Positions 26,182 through 37,705 of a stretch of DNA of 64,000 nucleotides are shown piece after piece; within the stretch, counting starts at the first letter, position 1; every line of letters starts with the position of its first letter. A program made the translations under genes and the position numbers. The notes beneath the pieces were generated by a model. The model did no database searches. It was not told the DNA's origin and saw nothing but the letters and a program-made list of their open reading frames with translations. The stretch is taken from NCBI RefSeq assembly GCF_009914755.1, contig NC_060927.1. One strand, written 5' to 3'. This DNA comes from the human T2T-CHM13v2.0 reference genome, Homo sapiens.

Positions 26182-27304
26182 GTGCGTGCTTGTGTTTAAT
26201 CATTTACTCAATGGTTTTCCTACTTTGTACATGTCCATAGTTTATAAATATATTGGTTTTTTAATAATAGTATATTTAAGTAGTTTTTAAATTCTGATTA
26301 GTTCTTAGAATGTTTGCCACTAGTCTGTTTTTTATCATTTAACTTCCTAAAGGTACAGTTGATGTTGAAAATATTGATTACATATTGGGATAAGTGAGTC
26401 TCGTTGCTGTGTTACACACCTTCATCCCAGTCCCTGTTAATGACTGCTGAACAGTTCCTTGTTTTTTTCTAATAGTATACATGGGAATCTCTGGGATTTC
26501 TGAATATTCCTTACCTGGAACACAAATTGATGATCTATCAAAATAAAAAGGATATAGGTCAAAGTAAAATGGATGTGATCCAGTCCTTTCTTACGAAGCT
26601 GTAATGCTGAGGAGATGGGAAACCTTTAAATGAGCCATAAATATATGTGTATGCATAGTGAGCCTCCTTTTGATTTGAGAGGATAGCTAATTCTGTAAGT
26701 AAAAGAGATGTCTGTATTTATTAGAAGTTTAAGATAATAATTACCTCTGAAATATATAATGGCTAAAAGCAGTCAGTTAGGAATTACATATTTAATTAAG
26801 GATCGCCCACACATCTAGCCATACGCTAGGACCCCTGAGTGACACAGAGCTAGACAGCAAGGGCCTGCCTCATGCAGACAGCAGCCCTAACCTGTCATAG
26901 TGTGTGAGAAGTGGTGTGTGTGTGATAAGTGCTCCATGTCTGTTTATTTTGTATTTTAAAAATTATATTTTAAAATGACCAATGAGAATGATGCCAACAA
27001 ATAAAATCTGACTGAGAAAATTCAACGTTTTTTCCCTATCAACTAATTCTATGTGTACTTCGTGAATAAAAGACCTTCCCACAATAAGGAAATTTGTTTT
27101 CTTTCTCTTAAAGTAAAAGCATAACAGACATATGAAGGGCTTTTCCCTGTTTTTGAGGGTGAAAGTGGTTTGGTAAACCCTCAGCTCTGAGCAAGCGCAT
27201 TGTCCACTGCCCAGTGGCTGCTGTGGTGTGTGTGACACAGAATTCCTTTGAGGATTTGTCAGAGCTCAAGCATTGTCTTTTCCAAAGCCTCATCTGCACT
27301 GAAC

Positions 27305-27550
27305 CTGACAAAGCAGTCGGTAGTGATACTGAATGAGCACCTGCCATGCACAAGCAATCTAGGCCATGAAGATGCAGTGGTGAACAAACAGATTGACTGC
27401 CTGCCTTTAAGGGGCTTGCATGCTAGTTGGGGGCAGGCAGTGGGAAGGGGAAACAGACAGGAGGCAGGCAGATAAACAAATAGAACAACTGCAGGTATGA
27501 GTAAGTGGTGTAATAAGAGTGACTGGGGAACTGCACTTTAAATATCACAG
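27305..27550 (-). mobile_element. L2 fragment
   Basis: gaatgagcacctgccatgc...gatgcagtggtgaacaaacag. Confidence 0.6.
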
Positions 27551-27854
27551 TCATGATTGATTTCTGTAACTGTCAATATCAAAGTGATTTGAGCCAATGA
27601 TCTATAGTTTGATGTCCATATTTAAAGCAATATTAATAAAAATGAAATGTTTAAATTTAAAACTAAAGTGTTCATTCCCAAGAACCTGCATTATTTGAGA
27701 GCAGAAGGCACAGGCCTGCAGGGCCTAGGTCCACCCCCTCTGCCCGCATGCCCGGCCTAGACCAGGACCCAAGTGTGCCTGAAATAGCCCACCTGACTCT
27801 TATTATGATTATAATTGGCCTGTTATTACTCACGGTGACTCAAAGCATGGGCCT

Positions 27855-28045
27855 TAACATCAGCAGCTTTCAGGTAAAATCTTGACTCCTTCACTTACTA
27901 GCTGTGTGACGCTAGACAAACAGAGAAGGATTATAGCTAAGGCTCAGTCTTCTCATCCATAACATGGCTTGCTGTGTGGATTAAATGGAAGTAATGTGTA
28001 ATAAATATGCCTAGTATGGCTTAGCACTTAGTAAGTGTTCATAGA
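27855..28045 (+). mobile_element. MIR SINE fragment
   Basis: cacttactagctgtgtgac...ctcagtcttctcatc...ggattaaatg...tagtaagtgttca. Confidence 0.7.
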
Positions 28046-28728
28046 AGGCCAGCTCATGGCATTTTATAGTGTTGAAGGTTTTTCTTTAATGGGTATTTAA
28101 ATGGCATATCTCTGGTGATTAGAAAAAAGAGAGAGAGAGGCATTGGGATCAGCAGTGACACTAATAGGGGAAGGTCACAGGTAACCAAGGTCCCTGCTGG
28201 GCAGACTCAACAGAGAACAGTAGCATCCTCAAAGGTTCTTTAGATTTTGAGCCAGCAGGCATAAATAGATGAGAGATTCAGGTTTCTACCTTGCAAATAT
28301 TTCTTTCCCTTTTGTATGGCTGGCATATTTGATACTTATTTTAAATCTGATTTGATTTTTTTTTCTCCTAAATCTTTACCCTCTTTGAATGCAGAAGCTA
28401 TTCGCTCTGTTTGCTCATAGTTGCATATCCGCATCAGCACTACTATGAACTTTGGGCTGAAAAGAAGCCTTGCCCTTCAGAAGAATTTGACTTATTTGCA
28501 TTTTCAGTACTTTTGATAAATTGGTGTTACAAATGTCCATAACAGCATTTACTTTGGATAACAGCCATTTTTCCCAGGATAAAACAATCATTAGCCAATT
28601 CTGTTATAACACTGTTAATAACTTTTGTACCAGGTGGTTCAAGCATAATCAGATATATCAAATATAATATCCATGAGAAAGTAAAACCCCCAGTTAATTA
28701 CAAATGCTCCTTTCATTCCATTTAACAG

Positions 28729-28932
28729 AATGCGGTGGTGTCATTCAAGGAGCTGTGTGGCCTCTCCTCTGTGGCCAATCTCATGCAGTGCATGTTGGCG
28801 GTGTCTCCCCGCTTTCTGGGGCCCGATAACACACCCCTAGTGGTCCTAAATCTCAGCGAGCAGTACCCCACAATGGAGCTGCAGGGAATTGTGCCGGAGG
28901 TTCTGAAGAAGATCGTAACAACTTATGACATG
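28729..28932 (+). CDS. PLCL2: PLCL2 coding exon 3 ([12 protein letters not shown]...KKIVTTYDM)
   Basis: Acceptor tttcattccatttaacAG|AAT and donor ATG|GTGAGT. 204 nt, phase 0-0, in frame with the preceding exon; overlaps listed ORF 28735..28983. Confidence 0.95.
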
Positions 28933-29924
28933 GTGAGTTGTCCTTTGTCCGTTTACATAGCCTGGGTGAGAGAGATATCCTAAGACAACACAGCAGACAT
29001 ACTTTGGAGCTTTTGCTGAAGTGCACTTTCCTATTTCATGCTTCATTCACCTATGCTGGAGAAGTAATTCCCCTGACCTTGCTGTATTTGAAAGAGATTA
29101 GTGTTTTGTTGTTTTTGAAAGCAGAATTCAGAGACACTCACCTCAGTTGGATTAAACATTAGTTAGCTTCTCAGCTATATCTGAATTGATTTTTAAAGGA
29201 TGCACTATTTTCCACACAGATGTAGGAACGAGTTTTTAAAAATCTTCTCCTGCAGCCAGTCATTGATTATTTGTTTTCATTTTATTTTCATTTTTTCAAC
29301 TGGTAAAGGCAAGAAATTTAACTTAAAAATGTAATGCCATGAGGGACAGGTGCCTGTATCACATGACTCTGCACTAGGCTATGGTTTCCCTTCTTACAGG
29401 AGCTGCTCTGTGATACTTGTATTTGTAATGAGCTTAACACTAATGGGGTATCCTCAGGACACCTAGAATATTACATTTTTCTACTTAAGATTTACCTTGC
29501 ATTTTCTTAATCACATCCTGCTCTTACTGTAATTTTTTTATTTATCATAACTCTAAGAGAGAATTTATTGGGTGAAGGACACCCATTTCAAGTGTATGAT
29601 GTAGTTGAAGCTGTCATTGACTCTTCAACCTATCAGGGTTAAGGGTTGGTGTTGGACACTCCCCTCCCAGATGGGCCAGTCTGTCTTCAGTACTATTTAG
29701 AGTACTTGGGGGTGAGTACCTCATCTGCTACCTCCTCCACTCCAAAAGCACAAGCTAAGACCACGAAACTCTAGGTTTCTTCTGATGTAGCTTGCTGTGC
29801 TCAAGGACAAAACAGGATCGGCATCATAAACATAAACAGAAATATTTTTGACTGTTTCATAAGTTGTCTGAAAGCTGTAATTTAGAGGGATTTATGCAAT
29901 TCAAGGGAAAGAAAAAAGACGTTG

Positions 29925-30240
29925 GGCCAGCACTTCTCAATTGTGACTACTTCGTAGGTTTCTTAGGATGTTAGTAAATATCACATAGGGGAAGGGTTTC
30001 ATAGGATGTTAGTAAATATCACATGGGGGGAAAGTTCCTTGACTAAATAATTTTGGGAAATACTAGTTTGAACAAAAGTAATCAGATATCTTTACTGCAG
30101 GATTTCTTAGAACCTTTTATTTGCTATCACCATGAGTTCCAAGATAGTGATAGAGTATTTCCAGTTTCACAAATTGACTTGACCATTGGAATACTATTTC
30201 TAAAAACAAAGATTCTAGAGAATATATTTTGGAAAATCCT
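29925..30240. mobile_element. hAT-Charlie-type DNA transposon fossil containing a 38-bp tandem duplication
   Basis: cagcacttctcaa...tttgggaaatact...tttactgcaggatttcttagaacc; the duplication spans 29957-30032. Confidence 0.5.
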
Positions 30241-32854
30241 TCTTCAGTCTTTGGATGAATAAGTCTAGAAGTACAAGTCAGAAGAATGCAGTGTTTTAAA
30301 CAGCTTATGAGTTCATTACCTTAAAAAAAGTGATATTTGTGCATTTTGTAGATTCCTATGAAGTAGTCACACATTGTAGTGGGGGCTGTTTCCTTCTTAG
30401 CATTCATGGTAACCTTAAGAGACACCAGGAACTGAATATTGGACACTGCAAGCAAACTACATAGAGTGGCACCCTCCTGCAGAGAGGAGGGAGGCCAGGG
30501 TCAGGTGTCTGATGAGCCTCAGGTGCTGAGTGCCACTGTGCTGAGTGCCAAAGGGGTCCACAAAGACTCATATGAACAGCCCCATCCTCGGGGAGCCATC
30601 AAGTCCACCAGGAGAGAAAGTGAGGCTGGGGACCAACATCAACACAGGAAGCATGCTGAGATTCCTTTGGTGGGGAAATAGAAGAAGGGGTAAAAATGGA
30701 AAAGTCTGAAGATCTTTTACATGCTATGAACCAGACTGCCTAAATAGTTCTTGACTTAAGTTTTATGAGATGAAGCCAAAAAAGTATCTGATATTTATAA
30801 ACGCTTTTTAAGCATAAGCCACAAATAAAATCACATACCTGTTTCATTGACCAAAATCTAATATGATTTACCCCCTAAGACATTTGCTTGATTTCTATGA
30901 CAGTCATACAGTGACATTTCTTCATGGCGAGCTTTTTAACAGGGACTTCTTGAGGGTGGGGTGGTAGTACCCCGTGGAGGTGATAACAGCATAACAGGGC
31001 AGGCCAAGTTCAGGGGCTGATTTCTGCTCTATCAAGAGTGTGTGATCATAGCTGGTTTCTCATGGTCTATGTTAAAAATCCTCATGGCCACCAGCAACCT
31101 TTATGGCACTCATAGCAATATTCGGCTCAGGAATGGCTCATTGCTCCTTGGTTCCCTGCCTCTTCCTCTTGGATTGGTAGATGCTAGCTCTTAATATGTA
31201 ACTCTTATTTGCGTCTAACTGTATCATTATGTTGTTATAGATTTGGCAAGACAGAATATGCTAGCTTGCTTAAAATTTTTAAATTATAAAATTACTCTTT
31301 TATAATGTATAATTGAAATAGCTGTGCAGCCTTATACTGCCTAATTTATCGATATGTTCTGTTAATTCCATCTGATAAAATAAGCTAATAAAATATTTAA
31401 AATTAAATTTAAATTATGGCTGCAGCAATATTATAACTCTTGTAATATTTTGCAGTTCTTTTTAGTGACTTAATGGTTTCTTACCTTGTGACAATTTATT
31501 AAAGCTAGCCAGAATAGATTAAATATTGATGGGAAATGTACTAAAGGTCTCGGACAGCCCGTAACTCTAAATATAGCTCTTTATTTTTGTAATGTTATGT
31601 TGAGCTTGCCCCAAAATTAACCTTAGAAATAAGATCTTATTTCATTCTGTTGACTTCCCATGTATAATGTATGGAGGCGAATGAGAAGTAAAGGCAAGTT
31701 GAGAAACTCCTCCAGAACTCCTGTGTCATGGCCAGTCTACATGCCTAAAGTGTGTCTTCCTGTGAGGACAGTGCCATGGTACCTCCTAAAATGTACAGAT
31801 GTGTATTTATGCTATCAAGATTGTGATTACTTTTCAATATCTAGACTGTATTAATAGTATTTCAGAAGTGTGCTAGTTTCTTTGTGAAAACGGAGAATGC
31901 AGATCGTTGTCCTAATGGCTGCCGTGATTACTACCAACAAACAGGCCTTGAAAACTGCCAGAATTGTGCTTTTACAGGACTTGTGGTGCTCTCGTGGCTC
32001 CTGTGGTGGGGTGAGCCTGGGACCTAGCTCAAGAAGACAGGTATCAGAGCCATTCAGGAGTGGAGAAGAAGAGAAATTCACACACCTCCTTAGACTAGGC
32101 AGATTAAGGGAGTTTTAGTAGGAACTGGACTGGGATGGAAAGTGGGAATGACCCTATTAGCAGTGCTGGAGTCAGAGACATGAGTGTGGGATAGAAGGCA
32201 CCTGCTGAACTTGTGCCTGGAGGCCTGGGGCACACAGATGACCCTTCTTCCTCCCAATGGTGAGCAAGGGCCCTAGAGTCCTCTCCTGCTAGAACCTAGA
32301 GCACAAAAGCTGCACATAGCAACCCTAGGTAGGGAAATTGTAGCAGGGCTGGAAGGGGGCCTCATGCAAATGGAGGCTTACAGGGCATTTAAATGAGGCG
32401 TCTTTGTCCCCTTAAGCTCAGTGTCCTTAAGTACTTCATCCCATGATTTTGGGGCTCAACCTGTGAGGGCTCATCTTCCTCCAGTCAGCTTGTCCTCTCT
32501 GCCTCTCTTAATGGAAGTGACCCTTGAGTCCCTTTTTTCATACCTATCTACTTTTTTTCAACAGATGGGGCCTGGGCTCCATTATTAAGCCATGTGGTTG
32601 GGCTTTTGCCCACAACCCCTTATTTATTGCATTGGACAGCATACATGATTATATCATACATCATGACCATAAAGTCAGAGGGTCAAACTTTTGAACCAAA
32701 TAATTGATTTGCTTTAAAGATGTCACATTTGGTTGTTTTGAAGTGGCATATAATAGAAATTTAATTGGTTTATTTCAATAAAACAGATACAAAATAAGTT
32801 ACTGTATTTTTGGTGATGAATTCAACACCCATTTATAAGCTCTTAGCATGTGCA

Positions 32855-33350
32855 CTGCTCACTCATCAACAGCAAGTATTTATTGAGTGCCTACTGTGTA
32901 CCAGTGACTATTGTAGGCAACATGAGGTAATATAAAGATGAAAAAGACTTTTTTTTTCCTTTGAGGAGCTTATAATTTAGTTGAAGAGATGCTGCAGTAT
33001 GTTTATAGATAACTGATAAGATGATAGACAATAGATAGTAAATAGATATTTTAAAATATATAAATGAATTATTTGAATCTTCAAAGGAGAGAATGGTTAG
33101 TTTCAGGTTCAGAGATTAGGAAGACTTCAGTGAAACATCGGCCTTGAACTAGACCTGTAAGAATGAGTTGGAATTCAACTGGTAAAGAGGAGGCTATTGC
33201 AAGATGAGTTCGTAGGGTGAAACATGCTCACAGGTGAAATATGCTCAAGCACATATTCTGGGAAATCCAGGCTTGGACTGTAACAAATAGTAGGGAGTCC
33301 TTGCACATTTTTGAGCAAAGGGCTATGCTCAGAATTAGGCATTATGGACT
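32855..33350 (-). mobile_element. L2 fragment
   Basis: caagtatttattgagtgcctactgtgtaccag...ggagcttataatttag. Confidence 0.7.
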
Positions 33351-35607
33351 CTGGGAGGCTTGGAGTGAAATAGAACTCAGAGACCACCTATTGAGCACCT
33401 TTATTTTGCACGTGAGAAAATGGAAACCCTGTAGCACAACAAATTAATGGCAGAACCGGGGTTGGCACCCAAGTGGTATCTCTGTCCAATTTTTTTCTGC
33501 AATCCAGATCAGAAAAATTAACTGTATAGAATGTGTAGATGAATGATCAATGTAGCAATAAAGCCCAAGTAACTGTAATAATAATAATATACAGTTATTC
33601 ATGTGGGGCTCTTGAAGTCACAGGCACCTTATTTTTTGTTCTTGTGCCCCATAAAGATAGAAAATTCTTCATTTTGCATTTTCACATATATTAAAAGGCA
33701 GATTTAATGCACTTAAAATAAAGAAAACTGTAATCAGTAGATCAAATCCCACTCAAAGAAATGCAATCATAAATGTCTGAACACATTGTTTATAATTTCA
33801 GAAAACAAAAGTTTATTTTACTTAAAATATATATAAATGAGCTTGAATACACCCACTATTGACAATCAAGATCAAGATTGAGCTTGTTCGCTCATGTAAT
33901 TAAGGGCTGGTAAGAGAAAATAAGGAATATGTAACCTGAGTTTAAGAGATTCTAGGGAATATCTGGATACTCTTCATAGTACACAGTGTTTTTAAGAATG
34001 GATTTGCACTGGCATTTCGGTGCATCTCCTCTCCCCCATCAATGTAAGTGATCTAATTCATCATCTTTTTAAACTGAAGTGACTTTTACTATTCTTTTTA
34101 TGTTGAGAGTGATAATTCCATTCTCTAGCTATCTTTATTAGATGCAGATTTACCACCTGTTTTAAACTTGAATGTTTAAAATTGTTATGAGACCTGTACT
34201 AACATATAGAGACCAAGGAGTCAACATTCTTCCTCTATAGAGAGAAAACATTGAAAATTTAAATATTTTGTGACGTATTACATAAAAAGTAAGTTCTTTT
34301 CTAAAGTTTTTTGTTAATTTTGCTGCAGTTTTTCTGTCATGGACTATGCTTTAGTCATTGTAATTAAATTGAAGTTGTAGAGAGGAAAAAGGAGAGAAGA
34401 GGAAAAAAATAAAGAAAATAAAGCCCATCTCTCTCTTACAGGCAGTACGGTGGTTCACATACACAGCAAATGGGCAGCCCCACCTGTTCAGAGATTATAC
34501 GTGAATTCATTCTTGTCATTGCAGTTCCATTCTCTGTACTTTCCCTTTGAAATTAATTTTTTCAGTCATTTTTTTTTGCAACTTCACAAAAGTCTTGATT
34601 TTAATTGCCTTCAGGTTTAATTAAGAAAGCATACTCTGAGGAATCCATTTCCCCAGTAGAAAATAGTACTTTTTAAAGGGAAGAACAAGATGCTTTGTCT
34701 GGGAGGATATTATTTGCTCTCTCTGAGTGTTTTTATTTAAGTTGCTGAGTAGTCTCTTCTAACACATGACTTTAAATATTTCTTAAATAAAACAAGGTTA
34801 TTTAAATAAAATATGTGAAATGAAGGTTTTTTTCCTTACACAGAAATGTTGGCAGTTGACATGCAGCATCATGAACATTCTGGGTTAAGTTGTTGGTATG
34901 GTGTCATATACTTTTTCTTGTTACTTCTTAATTCAGTGAAGAGATAAATCACACTTCATAATTAATGGAGTCTGCTGGTTTGGACCAAGCCAGAGATGAT
35001 CTGTAATAAGGTTACTATTGATCCCCATCTCCTTTGTGGCTTCTTTTATCACTCTCCTGCCTCAGTCATTAAAAGCTTCTTTTAATTAGAGTTGTCGACA
35101 CTACCAACTTTTATAACTGTAGAAAAAAGACCAGATGGAATATTGTGCTTTGGGATAAGAATAAGCTAAAAATGAATGAAAGAAGGAAGGGAGGGTGGAA
35201 GGGAGTTTTGGGAAAGGTAGATGCATCCTACAGAGTGATGATTTGAAACCCAAAGGCTGTTGTTTAATCTGATGACTGGAGAGGTCCAGCCAATGTTTCC
35301 AAAATCAGTTTCTCTGAAATCATCAAAACCATTGATGAGCCATTTTGTAATGGTTCAAGTTACCAAGCCAGTGGAAGTGAAAATAAATGTTTAAACGATA
35401 CAGTGTGCTGGTAACATCACATGTATTATCAGATGAGAAGTACCAGGCCACCACACAGTGATCGGGAGCTGGGAGATTGAGAAACCTTTGGGAGATTGTG
35501 CTTCAAGCATGTAAGTGGTGGTAATTGTAAGATTTTCCTTCTGATCCAGTTTTCTAGCTTAACATGTCTCCACAGAAACCACTGAGGAACACATATTCTT
35601 AAAGTAT

Positions 35608-35611
<4 letters not shown>

Positions 35612-35645
<34 letters not shown>
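35612..35645. repeat. (AC)17 microsatellite
   Basis: Perfect dinucleotide run. Confidence 0.97.
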
Positions 35646-35647
<2 letters not shown>

Positions 35648-37352
35648 CAGATACTAAGCAAGGAACAGTTGAGGAAAGAGTAGCACTTTAGGGGATGGCA
35701 GTCTGCTTGAAAGAGACTTAATCACATAGCATCACAGAGCAGCTTTTATCCATTAAGTTGGATATCCATCTCTAAACTCTCTGGGAGGATGACTTTAATA
35801 GATTTCAACATGTTGTCAGATGATGTCCTCAGACAAGAAATGATAAATGCTATTAAGCAAGCTACTATGTCATCTGACATACTAACAGTCTGATTTAAAA
35901 TTGCAAAGTAAGCAAGGAAACAAGAGCTGGGGTGCCATCCAGCCCTATTGGTGAATGAGAAATGGGACCCGGCTGTTAGCATCACTTCAGTTCCTGGGTA
36001 GATTTCATTTGAGCCATCACCACCTAGAGAACTGTTAGGGGGCAGTGGTTTAGGGCCATGTATTTGATAGGGTCTCCATGGTTTTACTTTTCTGTTTAGA
36101 GCATTTTTATTGTTTTTTAAAGGGGCAAAGGCAGATTGCTAATTTTTCAAACACTTTAGTTCCCTGAATCTGGTAGAAAATATGAATATATCTGAAACCC
36201 AAAGCTCAAGAAAAGTTAGGGAACTTCTTTGTAAACCTATGCTTTACGCAAAAGAATACTACTACATTTTTTATAAAACTAAGATATTCGAAGTACTGTA
36301 GTCTTTTTTCTTCCTATGCAAAAGTAGAGGAGTTACTTCCTATGTTCCCATCAAATTCCACATCGAATATTGGATTTTGCTCCTGTATAATTTCTTCAAG
36401 GCTTATTTTTGATACTTTTTCGATAGTTTCTCTGTGTTTCTGCAGTGGCTGAAGGTGCCTCCTAAGTTCTTTGCTAAGTTCTTCTCTCTGTCAAGGACCC
36501 TTACAGGAAATTTAAAAAAAAGAAAGAAAGAAAGAAAAGGATTTTATGTATCTTTAAAATTCTGTTAGTGCTCTGGAGATAATATACACAGTTCTTTTGG
36601 TCAACTGGCAGTTTCCAAAGCTGCGAGGAAGCACTTAGCTTCCTTACCCCCATTTATTCAGTAAACTTTTTGTCATTACTAGACTTTGAATAAATAAACT
36701 TTAATTGAGTGGAGGAGGCAATGCTGGCTGACTTCTCATTTCTGTGGCCCTAATTCTAGTTGAGCCTTTAATCACCTTATGCTGTATGGCAGAGTTTGAG
36801 TTCAAGCTTCATACTCATCCCAGGTGAAAAAGAAAATGTAACTTTCTTACCTCTCTTATGAGGGAGGTAGATGTCCCTGGATTTTAATTCTGTTGGTAAA
36901 CTTCATCTATTGCATTCATTACGTTATTCGTTTTGGACTGTAAATGCTAAGCTCTTTAGGTAAAATGCTCAGTCTCTCTGACTTTCTCTCTTTCCCCCTC
37001 TTCCTTCACAAAGTGGCCAGTGGTTGCTTGGAGAGGGTGTGGTTGCAAACCCTTCTTTTTGTGTTCTTGGCAAAGAATGTCTAAACATCTAAAGCCACCA
37101 TCCTCTCCTCCACTTTCTATTCACCTCGAGGTGGGTACATAGTGGGGGGATTTCCCAGCTCCAACATGAGTCACTCAATACTGCAAGAGGCGTTATTTCC
37201 TCCTCTCTGTTCTCTCGTCAAGAAAGCTGCAAGAGCCAGCTCCTTTCCTCCTGCCTCAGAGCTGCAATTCCCTTGGCTCAACCTTTGTATTTGGAAGGAA
37301 GTCTCCTCCACCTTAGGGGATAACACTCTGTGATCTACGGGTTGTTTCCCCA

Positions 37353-37705
37353 TGATATGGTTTGGCTGTGTCCCCACCCAAATCTCAACTTGAATTGTAT
37401 CTCCCAGAATTCCCACGTGTTGTGGGAGGGACCCAGGGGGAGGTAGTTGAATCATGGGGGCCAGTCTTTCCTGTGCTATTCTTGTGATAGTGAATAAGTC
37501 TCATGAAACCTGATGGGTTTATCAGGGATTTCCACTTTGCTTCTTTCTTATTCTCTCTTGCCACCACCATGTAAGAAATGCCTTTCACCTTCTGCCATGA
37601 TTGTGAGACCTCCCCAGCCATGTGGAACTGTAAGTCAAATTAATCCTCCTTTTATTCCCAGTCTCGGGTATGTCTTTATCAGCAGCATGAAAACAGACTA
37701 ATACA
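37353..37705 (+). mobile_element. THE1 (THE1A-like) MaLR solo LTR
   Basis: Begins tgatatggtttggctgtgtccccacccaaatctc and ends gactaataca; TG...CA termini, 353 bp. Confidence 0.93.

Larger units (their letters stand above)
26182..28728 (+). other. PLCL2: PLCL2 intron between exons 2 and 3 (2547 bp)
   Basis: GT...AG boundaries defined by the flanking in-frame exons. Confidence 0.93.

Noticed and set aside
23746-26199. 817-aa ORF as a complete single-exon gene or retrocopy
   Set aside because: The frame is open upstream to an acceptor at 23695, a donor lies at 26182, and in-frame exons follow; the ORF ends are ORF-caller artefacts.
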